The translations under genes were made by a program, and so were the position numbers. The notes under the pieces are model-generated. The model searched no databases. It was given only the letters and a program-made list of their open reading frames with translations, and had not been told where the DNA came from. Positions 7,038 to 13,801 of a stretch of DNA of 24,000 nt are shown here, one piece after another; positions within the stretch are counted from its first letter, which is position 1; each line of letters begins with the position of its first letter. Source of the DNA: Candidatus Saccharimonadota bacterium (lineage in GTDB: Bacteria > Patescibacteriota > Saccharimonadia > Saccharimonadales > Saccharimonadaceae); NCBI GenBank assembly GCA_018064165.1, contig JAGOZV010000001.1:7767-31766 (forward strand), read 5' to 3'.

Positions 7038-7715
7038 ATGAATAATGATGGTAATCAAAGTAATTATTGGAAACCAGAAGTACCTTCCGAGGATAATGCA
7101 CCCTTAGAGTCACAAGAAATAATTTCTTCTCAACCCCCTATTAATAACGAATCACAATTGTCAGATTCTTCCGAGGCTACAACTGAAGATGCTTCTATTC
7201 AAGTAGATGAAAATATAGAATCTCAGACAAATGAAAATGAAAACACAGATGTAACAATACCTGTAGACTGGATTGCTCCAGAGTATTTTGTAGGAGCTAA
7301 GGGCAAAATGTGGTATTTCCTATTAGGAATTATAGCTGCTGTATTTATTGCAGTGTCAATTTTTGTATTTCAATCATATTCATTTGCAATTTTAGTGTTG
7401 GTTATGGCTATTGCGTTAGTTGTCTATACAAAGCGGCCGCCTCAAGAAATAAAATACACCTTAAGCGTTCAACAGGGGTTATATATTGGCGATAAATTGT
7501 ATAATTTGCAAGACTATAAATCGTTTAGTATAGTGCAAAATAACAATAGAAATTTCATAGAACTTATCCCTATAAAAAGGTTTTCACCCGCTCTTTCAGT
7601 ATATTTTCCTCAAGATGCCGGAGAAAGAATTGTTGATATTTTAGCTAGTCGTTTGCCAATGGAACAAACAAAACCAGACATAATGGATAAAATCATAGAA
7701 AAATTAAGAATTTAA
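7038..7715 (+). CDS. Hypothetical membrane protein (acidic disordered N-terminus, two TM helices, small C-terminal domain)
   Basis: Long ORF with coding-like composition. A TM pair is visible at WYFLLGIIAAVFIAVSIFVF / FAILVLVMAIALVVY. I recognise no family. Confidence 0.6.
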   Translation: MNNDGNQSNYWKPEVPSEDNAPLESQEIISSQPPINNESQLSDSSEATTEDASIQVDENIESQTNENENTDVTIPVDWIAPEYFVGAKGKMWYFLLGIIAAVFIAVSIFVFQSYSFAILVLVMAIALVVYTKRPPQEIKYTLSVQQGLYIGDKLYNLQDYKSFSIVQNNNRNFIELIPIKRFSPALSVYFPQDAGERIVDILASRLPMEQTKPDIMDKIIEKLRI

Positions 7716-7850
7716 TATCCTAAAAGCCCTTCCCTACTTTTTAAAACGGTATTTATATGCTACAATAAGCACTGTTCTTGATTCTCATTAAGAAAGTACC
7801 TTCTAGTTACAATGTCTTAGTCGGAAATTTTCATATCTGACTAAGTATAT

Positions 7851-7927
7851 GCACCCGTAGCTCAGCTGGATAGAGCGTCGGCTTGCGGAGCCGAAGGCCA
7901 TAGGTTCGAATCCTGTCGGGTGTACCA
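7851..7927 (+). tRNA. tRNA-Arg (anticodon GCG), CCA encoded; integration target of the adjacent element
   Basis: Manual fold, 77 nt: GCACCCG-TA-GCTC-AGCTGGATA-GAGC-G-TCGGC-TT GCG GA-GCCGA-AGGCC-ATAGG-TTCGAAT-CCTGT-CGGGTGT-A-CCA. The backbone closely resembles bacterial tRNA-Arg(ACG), but position 34 is G. Pair 1:72 is G-U. Confidence 0.85.
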
Positions 7928-9544
7928 TACTTGAATTAGAGACGCTATTGCGTCTTTTTTCATCTGTTCTGGATAGGTTTGGACCTTCAAGAACTGCTTT
8001 TCAAGAGATGGATACTTTTCAACTAGTGGAGTTAGATATTCTATAGGCTCAAACAGTAGTACGCCATCTTTCAGTAATAGGTTTTGACCAATAATGCTCA
8101 AGACTTCTTTCTTTTTTAAGTCATTATCACTTTCGAAGTCATATTTAGCATATCGTGCGAAATTAAAGTACTTCTCTAGCAGTTGACGTTGACGCTTGTT
8201 TGAGTTCTCCTGGTCATCAAATTGACCCCTCAATGTAATAAGCCTGTCTTCAAGCTCTTGCTTCTCGGATTTATAAAAAGTTTCGTCAATCATACCTTTA
8301 TATAAAGCACGTTGTAGTTTGTTCACCTCAGCTTCTGTATTTTTAATAGCTTTCATCTGAGTCTCGATTACTTTTTCTTGCTTCTCTGCTTCATCTTCGT
8401 GGAACTCGTCTAAATACTCACAAGTCCATTTGAAGAAGTCTTCAATAATCGTATACTTGCTAATCTCATTTCGAATAGCTTTGGTTAAATCTTGTGGAGT
8501 TATCCTGCTAACGGTCATTGTCTGCGAGCATTCAGAGTACTTCTTTTTTCGAGTACAGTAACAGTATTCGTATGTATGTACGTTTCCATTCTTCTGTTTC
8601 TTGACTATTTTAGAATATGTAATCAGGCAACCGCATTCTCCACACTTAACTAGACCACGATATGGGAATGGGTCATCTAGGGCTATCTTTTCTTCTGGTC
8701 GAGGCTGGTTTGCCCGACCTATCATTCCTTGCACTTGTCGAAACTCCTCTGGTGTAATCATAGGCGAATGTTTACCTTCTGTGTGGTAGATTCCAGAGAA
8801 GCGAATAGCACCCATATAGAAAGGATTCTTAAACATTAAATACAGTCCAGATACTGACAGTGGTTTATTTCCAGATTTTTTACGTTTAGGAGTTTTAAGC
8901 CCCCACTCTTTATCAGCAATTCTTGCTATTTGACTAACAGAGTATTGACCCGTAAGGGCGTAGTCCCACATTCTTCGCACTAGTGCATATCTAGCGTCAT
9001 CAATGACGATTACATTGACATCACTGAACTCGCTTTCTTTCGCATTCTTGTAGCCTATTGGAACTCTGCCAGGATAATAGCCATTTTTAGCCCTTTGCGA
9101 CATTCGGTCTTTTACAATTATTGATAAATCACGACTAAACTGAGTATCTTGAGCTGCGTCTATGCTAAATATAAGGGCGTTATCTTCTGGAAGGTAGTTT
9201 TTATCCTTGGTAATAATAGCTTTAAGTTTGCCATCAAACATTAGCTGCTGGATAACTCCACTCTCTTTTGGATTACGAGCTAAGCGATTAGATTTATAGG
9301 TAAGAATAGCGTTTATATTACCTTTTTCTATTTGTTCGATAAGCTCATCAAACTTTATCCGCTGGTCTGGTATCTTTGCAGATTTAGATTCCTTATATAT
9401 CGCTTTTTTGACGATACGATATTCTCTTGCTTCTGCAATTTCGGTCATTGTTTCTAGTTGGTCATCTAGTGACGCAATTTGTTTGTCTTCGCTTTCGTTA
9501 GACTTTCTTGCGTAAAGTCCGTATTTCAGTTGTTCTAAGTTCAT
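7862..9544 (-). CDS. Large serine recombinase (integrase)
   Basis: The catalytic N-domain is recognisable: YARKSNESEDKQIASLDDQ...YKSNRLARN. A recombinase domain, a Cys-rich zinc ribbon (CGECGCLITYS...YEYCYCTRKKKYSECS) and a coiled-coil-like tail follow. I prefer ATG 9544 (MNLEQLKYGLYARKS, GGAAAA upstream) to the track start 9592. The last ~20 codons run antisense through the tRNA-Arg gene, so the stop at 7862 is host-derived. Confidence 0.85.
   Translation of the reverse strand: MNLEQLKYGLYARKSNESEDKQIASLDDQLETMTEIAEAREYRIVKKAIYKESKSAKIPDQRIKFDELIEQIEKGNINAILTYKSNRLARNPKESGVIQQLMFDGKLKAIITKDKNYLPEDNALIFSIDAAQDTQFSRDLSIIVKDRMSQRAKNGYYPGRVPIGYKNAKESEFSDVNVIVIDDARYALVRRMWDYALTGQYSVSQIARIADKEWGLKTPKRKKSGNKPLSVSGLYLMFKNPFYMGAIRFSGIYHTEGKHSPMITPEEFRQVQGMIGRANQPRPEEKIALDDPFPYRGLVKCGECGCLITYSKIVKKQKNGNVHTYEYCYCTRKKKYSECSQTMTVSRITPQDLTKAIRNEISKYTIIEDFFKWTCEYLDEFHEDEAEKQEKVIETQMKAIKNTEAEVNKLQRALYKGMIDETFYKSEKQELEDRLITLRGQFDDQENSNKRQRQLLEKYFNFARYAKYDFESDNDLKKKEVLSIIGQNLLLKDGVLLFEPIEYLTPLVEKYPSLEKQFLKVQTYPEQMKKDAIASLIQVWYTRQDSNLWPSAPQADALSS
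7918..7927 (+). repeat. Left direct repeat (attL core), equal to the 3' end of tRNA-Arg
   Basis: GGGTGTACCA, identical to 15883..15892. Confidence 0.7.
7940..7960 (+). terminator. Element-borne terminator now serving tRNA-Arg
   Basis: Hairpin AGACGC-TATT-GCGTCT followed by TTTTTT, starting 13 nt after the tRNA CCA end. It lies inside the 3' tail of the antisense recombinase ORF. Confidence 0.7.
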
Positions 9545-9667
9545 AGTTTTCCTATCTATATTATATAACTTTATTAGTATTATGTTAAACAATTAGTTTA
9601 TGTTTATAGAGGTGGTGGTCTACACTGTGGGATTAAGTGAGTGAAGCAAAAATGTATACACCTATAA

Positions 9668-10708
9668 CTAATCATTTTTTGCGGCACTCGGCTCGTCAGA
9701 GGGTAAATAGTATTTATAAGAATTACGCCCACCAGGTAGTACTCTTACCATCTCTGTACGAGCTAGCTCATCTAGGCAGTCGCTAATCTTTTTATCACCA
9801 CCTTTGAACCCATCTGTCTTAATTTGTGCTACAAGCTGCCTTTTAGATAATCCAGGATATAACCCTACTGCTTCTACAATTTCTTTCAGCTGTTCATTGT
9901 GTCGGTCTGCTGACGACTTTCCTTCGCCTACATATTCAAACTCTGTAGCATTCTCGTGAAACCTCAGTTCAAATGGGGCTGGCTCCCAAATATCTCTATT
10001 CTTGGTTTGTGTAAGTCTTACGAACTCGCTTTGACCAACACGGTTTACTGCAATGTGACAATCTGCGGCAGCTAAAATGTCGGAAGAACCACGCATTTCC
10101 ATTGCTGGATTGCTTTGCCCTGCGACACCTTTTCGGTTGTGGTGCAGAATCAATACTGCAAGTCCTGTATCCGCCAACTGCCTATAGCAGTCCATAAGCG
10201 TAGCCATATCACCAGAAGCGTTTTCATCAGCATTATTGAAGCGGGTAAAGGAATCAAATATAACTAAGCCAATTTCTTTTTCTTTAGCTTCTTTTGCGAT
10301 TGCGTCTACATATAAATGGTTCATCTTATAGCCAATTCTGGAAGTAAAATGAATCTCTGTATTTTCAGAAGCTCCCATTTGTTTGAACCGCTTTTGTAGT
10401 CTCTGTCGTCCACTCTCTTCATCAATAACCATTACCCCCATCTGTTTAGAAGGGAAATGTCCAAACACACTCTCACCCTGAGCAACTTTCACTGCCATCT
10501 CCATATATAGCCAAGTTTTGAAACTTCCAGGTGAGCCTGAGATGATTGTTACTCCCTCGGCTGGTATTAAGCCTTCTATAGCCCAAACTTCTGGCGGAAA
10601 CTCCTCTAGCAACAAATCGCTCAATCGTTCAGTAGAGAGCCTTAGCTGGCCTGTCTGTGTACCTTTTTCCCAAAGCTCTTTGTATCGGTTGCGATTTGGA
10701 GAGGTCAT
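9668..10708 (-). CDS. RepA-like / AAA_25-type RecA-fold ATPase with a C-terminal winged-helix domain (element replication or helicase-loader candidate)
   Basis: Walker A is IISGSPGSFKT and Walker B is LVIFDSF. The sequence LILHHNRK resembles RepA/DnaB-like ATPases of plasmids and integrated elements. The C-terminal LSKRQLVAQIK...ISDCLDELARTEMVRVL looks winged-helix. Confidence 0.65.
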   Translation of the reverse strand: MTSPNRNRYKELWEKGTQTGQLRLSTERLSDLLLEEFPPEVWAIEGLIPAEGVTIISGSPGSFKTWLYMEMAVKVAQGESVFGHFPSKQMGVMVIDEESGRQRLQKRFKQMGASENTEIHFTSRIGYKMNHLYVDAIAKEAKEKEIGLVIFDSFTRFNNADENASGDMATLMDCYRQLADTGLAVLILHHNRKGVAGQSNPAMEMRGSSDILAAADCHIAVNRVGQSEFVRLTQTKNRDIWEPAPFELRFHENATEFEYVGEGKSSADRHNEQLKEIVEAVGLYPGLSKRQLVAQIKTDGFKGGDKKISDCLDELARTEMVRVLPGGRNSYKYYLPSDEPSAAKND

Positions 10709-10857
10709 TTCCTAGCTCCATAATTCGGTTGTGTTAAGTAGACTAGGCGTATCAAAGCCATTCCATCTACGATTGCTTTTTGTTTACTTATCTTCTTGCC
10801 GAAGTTTTTCTTGTAGAGTACTTGAAACTCTTTTATTTGCTTTTCTTTTAACTGCAT
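10705..10857 (-). CDS. Small (50 aa) basic hypothetical protein, translationally coupled to the RepA-like gene
   Basis: Below the ORF-track size cut-off; hand-translated as MQLKEKQIKEFQVLYKKNFGKKISKQKAIVDGMALIRLVYLTQPNYGARK*. AGGTGG lies 7 nt upstream of the ATG (10857..10855). Its TGA overlaps the ATG of the next gene (ATGA at 10708..10705). Confidence 0.55.
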   Translation of the reverse strand: MQLKEKQIKEFQVLYKKNFGKKISKQKAIVDGMALIRLVYLTQPNYGARK

Positions 10858-11148
10858 ATTTTTACCACCTGTTACTCTAATTTTTGACGCACTTAACCAG
10901 CCCAGTCGTGGATTGAATCCAACTAAGTTAAGGCAATTAGAATAGAATGCTTACAAAGTTATTCGTAAACGATTACTAATTATTATTTGTGACTGTTTTA
11001 CTTCTTCTCTATATCTTTAAGATGTTTCTCCCTTTGTTTATTGGTTTTCTGTCGTTAGCTTTTCTTATGTGACTGCTGTTGAATCGTATATGTATGGTGA
11101 TTCGTTAGTCGCTTGCTGAAAAACTAAGTTCCACTATAGGGAGGGGGC

Positions 11149-11187
11149 TGTTAGGACTTAGCAATAACTTGTTAGGATATGTTAGTA
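11149..11187 (+). repeat. Iteron-like direct repeats TGTTAGGA / TGTTAGGA / TGTTAGTA
   Basis: Copies start at 11149, 11170 and 11180, a spacing of 21 and 10 bp (helical phase). They lie in a 390-bp non-coding stretch next to the rep-like operon. Confidence 0.45.
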
Positions 11188-11202
11188 ACAGATGTAAAAA
11201 AC

Positions 11203-11228
11203 GAAAAAACCGCCGTATTACGGGCGGT
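11203..11228 (-). terminator. Rho-independent terminator of the 11248..11754 gene
   Basis: The minus strand reads ACCGCCCGTAATACGGCGGT followed by TTTTTTCGTTTTTT, beginning about 20 nt after the stop codon. Confidence 0.8.
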
Positions 11229-11247
11229 ATGTTCAAGTTCAGTTATA

Positions 11248-11754
11248 TTAGTTTCGAGTGATTCTCAGACGATATTCGTCATTAACGGAAGTTCGTTCTT
11301 TACTGCGTTTGAATAAATCAGTTTTTAATCCAAGCTTCCTACCTTTATCATTTAAGCGTCGAACAGCTTGTTCTACGCCTCTTCGGGATTCTTTAAGTTT
11401 TGCAAGAGATACGGCATTATCTCTAGCTTCAAACACTGCATAGTCGTCAATATATTTATTAGGAGAGTTGAATGTTATTTTACATACATAGTGTTCAAGA
11501 GATTTTGGTTCAATTCTTATTTTATTATCGCCTGAATGGAGTTCGGTTTCTTTCAGGTCATACCAAATAGAGTTCTTCAAGAGAGACTTTGCGGCTATGT
11601 TATTCTTCCTTTTCTTATAAAGGATTGGTGCAAAATACCAAACCGCCATACCTAAAGCCATAAGGAAAAGAATTGCGTACACTACAAGAAAGATATTATT
11701 AAACTCAGGGTCTACTTCTATCTGCGGTGTATTGAATGCAAAGTATTTATTCAT
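11248..11754 (-). CDS. Hypothetical N-terminally membrane-anchored protein; C-terminal basic domain possibly DNA-binding
   Basis: One TM helix is visible (FLVVYAILFLMALGMAVWYFAPIL). The C-terminal part, IRIEPKSLEHYVCKITF...SRRGVEQAVRRLNDKGRKLGL, is loosely reminiscent of OmpR/CadC-type winged helices. This is a weak call. Confidence 0.45.
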   Translation of the reverse strand: MNKYFAFNTPQIEVDPEFNNIFLVVYAILFLMALGMAVWYFAPILYKKRKNNIAAKSLLKNSIWYDLKETELHSGDNKIRIEPKSLEHYVCKITFNSPNKYIDDYAVFEARDNAVSLAKLKESRRGVEQAVRRLNDKGRKLGLKTDLFKRSKERTSVNDEYRLRITRN

Positions 11755-11876
11755 AGCTATTTATATTGTAAGCGATTTGGATATTCTGACGGTGATTTCG
11801 TTATATGTAAGAAATTGAAAAAGCTATTCTCTCTATAATAAGAGTAGAGATAAAACAAATATAAACAGGAGTTTTT

Positions 11877-12200
11877 ATGGTTAATAAAAAACCAATAGGT
11901 AGACCACAAAAAGTTAATTATCAGATTATAAGTAAATTGGAGGACTCATTGCAGTACGGGTCTACTATTTCAGAAGCTTGTTACTACGCTGGAATTAGTA
12001 GGGATACATTTTACCGTTACTTCCGTGAAGATAGAATCTTTGCTGAAAAAATGGAACTTGCACGAAATAAGCTGCTAACAATCGCTAAATCAAATGTTAG
12101 TAGAGCGATAATAGAAGGTGATTATGAGAGCAGTTTATGGCTATTAGAAAAGGTCGTTACTCCCTCTCTAGCTATTGCTGACGAAGTGCCGAGGGTATAA
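11877..12200 (+). CDS. Small HTH protein, phage small-terminase-like / resolvase-type HTH
   Basis: RBS AGGAG. The sequence reads IGRPQKVNYQIISKLEDSLQYGSTISEACYYAGISRDTFYRYFREDRIFAEKMELARNK...SSLWLLEK. The order GRP.K, then HTH, then ..F....AR......, then WLLEK is the layout I associate with phage TerS-like HTH proteins. Confidence 0.5.
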   Translation: MVNKKPIGRPQKVNYQIISKLEDSLQYGSTISEACYYAGISRDTFYRYFREDRIFAEKMELARNKLLTIAKSNVSRAIIEGDYESSLWLLEKVVTPSLAIADEVPRV

Positions 12201-12203
12201 ATA

Positions 12204-12695
12204 ATGGAAGAGTACGAGTTTTTCTATGCCGATATTGAAGCAGATTCGATATTTCTAAGTAGGTATAACGTAGGAGATTTTATACACGCTAATAATGGCG
12301 TAGTAGCTTCTAGGCTCAAGGGAGGTTTACTGACGAACTGTAATGTACGATTCTCCTTCGTGCCTCACCCACAAGGATTTTTAGGTTACAGAGTTGAAGA
12401 TGAAGATTGGAAAAATCAACAACTATTTATTTTTGACAAAGACTGGCGTTTCAAAGTTGAAGACAGGTTCTTTTACGATGGCGTTTTTCAAATCTTAATG
12501 TCGCATATAGATTGGGAGGACTTTGGTGAGAAAAAAATTATCGAAGCTGCTAGAAAAGACTTCAAGAAGCTTTATAAACAACCGCCTGTAGATGTTCTAA
12601 ATAATGTGGAATGGAAGCGAAGAGTTAGGAAAGTTCCTGGTGTTGATGGGAAGAACAGTCCCTACAAAGGTTTTCTGACAATGTATTGGAAATAG
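12204..12695 (+). CDS. Hypothetical protein (no recognisable family)
   Basis: 163-aa ORF starting 3 nt after the preceding stop, with GAGGG 9 nt upstream. It looks soluble and is Trp/Phe-rich. Confidence 0.5.
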   Translation: MEEYEFFYADIEADSIFLSRYNVGDFIHANNGVVASRLKGGLLTNCNVRFSFVPHPQGFLGYRVEDEDWKNQQLFIFDKDWRFKVEDRFFYDGVFQILMSHIDWEDFGEKKIIEAARKDFKKLYKQPPVDVLNNVEWKRRVRKVPGVDGKNSPYKGFLTMYWK

Positions 12696-12742
12696 CCTAT
12701 GTAACGTCACTGATAATTATTATTTGACTGTCAGATTAACAG

Positions 12743-12961
12743 CTAAATATCTTTAAATAAGTCTGCTATATCTACTTTCAATGAGCTTGCAATCTTATTT
12801 AATGTACCGAGTCTAGCCCACCGCTTACCAGTTTCGATATATGCAATTGCAACAACACTCATTCCAATACTTTCCGCAAGCCGTTGCTGTGTTAAGCCTT
12901 TACTCTTCCGTACCAATGCTACACGCTTGCCAAATGTTTTCATCAATTCGTTTTCATTCAT
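12743..12961 (-). CDS. XRE-family helix-turn-helix transcriptional regulator
   Basis: Classic Cro/CI-type HTH: LTQQRLAESIGMSVVAIAYIETGKRWARLGTLNKIASSLKV. It is divergent from the 13157 operon. Confidence 0.85.
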   Translation of the reverse strand: MNENELMKTFGKRVALVRKSKGLTQQRLAESIGMSVVAIAYIETGKRWARLGTLNKIASSLKVDIADLFKDI

Positions 12962-12974
12962 ATCATAAGCGTAA

Positions 12975-13015
12975 AATAATAAACAGATAGTTACATAAAC
13001 TAGCTGTTTATTATT
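12975..13015. promoter_or_regulatory. Long inverted repeat / hairpin 14 nt upstream of the XRE start (candidate operator)
   Basis: AATAATAAACAG (12975..12986) and CTGTTTATTATT (13004..13015) are perfect 12-bp complements. Pairing continues inward (ATAGTT/AACTAG, one mismatch), leaving a 5-nt loop. Confidence 0.5.
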
Positions 13016-13156
13016 ACTTAATTAACGGGGGTTGTACTGTTATATAAAAAGTATTGATAAATAGTTAATGGTGTTTGCCCGCTAACAAATATATAGGTAT
13101 TGATGTTGTATAGTAAACGTAAATGATTAATTCAAAATGAAATTAGGAGCTTAGAA

Positions 13157-13801
13157 ATGTCATTCTTCGACAAGGTTAAAGATGCAAGTGATAAAGCTGG
13201 TAAATCAATTCAGAAGAGCTATCAAGAGCAACAGCAGAAGTCAGCCGAACTAAAGGATATTAGAGGGGCTAAACTAGACGCTCTAGCTGTGGAGTATATG
13301 GGTGGATACGGTGATGGTCGTAAAGCGAATGGCATTATTACTTTTTACCAAAACCAAACAGAGTTCAGTGCTGTTATGAGTACAAAGTTCACTATACCTA
13401 ATTCTCAAATCAAAGACATTCTTGTAGAAGGTAAAGATGAAGTTAATAGGCGTGTTACCGTAACCCGACTTATTGCAGTTGGTATATTTGCTTTTGCACT
13501 CAAGAAGAAGAGCAAAGACCAAGAATCGTATATCACGCTTGAACTTATTGATGGTCAAGAAGTTATTTTATTCGTGGAAAATAAAGCACCTATGGCTTTG
13601 AGAGCTAAATTAGCTAAGGTTATCTCGTCTGTTAAACAAGTTAGTGCATCACACCAAGTAGTCTCTGCTCAGCCGCAACCACGAGTAAGCATAGCTGATG
13701 AACTCGGTAAACTCGCTAACCTCAAAGAACAAGGTATATTGACCCAAGCTGAGTTTGATACAGAAAAAGCTAAAGTACTTAACGGTAGGACGTCTATATG
13801 A
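13157..13801 (+). CDS. SHOCT-domain protein with a PH-like/YokE-like N-terminal region
   Basis: RBS AGGAGC. The C-terminal ADELGKLANLKEQGILTQAEFDTEKAKVL is a textbook SHOCT motif. A hydrophobic segment is present at LIAVGIFAFAL. Confidence 0.7.
   Translation: MSFFDKVKDASDKAGKSIQKSYQEQQQKSAELKDIRGAKLDALAVEYMGGYGDGRKANGIITFYQNQTEFSAVMSTKFTIPNSQIKDILVEGKDEVNRRVTVTRLIAVGIFAFALKKKSKDQESYITLELIDGQEVILFVENKAPMALRAKLAKVISSVKQVSASHQVVSAQPQPRVSIADELGKLANLKEQGILTQAEFDTEKAKVLNGRTSI

Noticed and set aside
11132-11143. CACTATAGGGAG, a 12-nt identity to the -7..+5 core of T7-class phage promoters, in the element's non-coding region
   Set aside because: The upstream specificity region (-17..-8) matches the T7 consensus at only about 4 of 10 positions. 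No single-subunit RNA polymerase is encoded in the window. A lone 12-mer is best treated as coincidence unless such a polymerase is found elsewhere.
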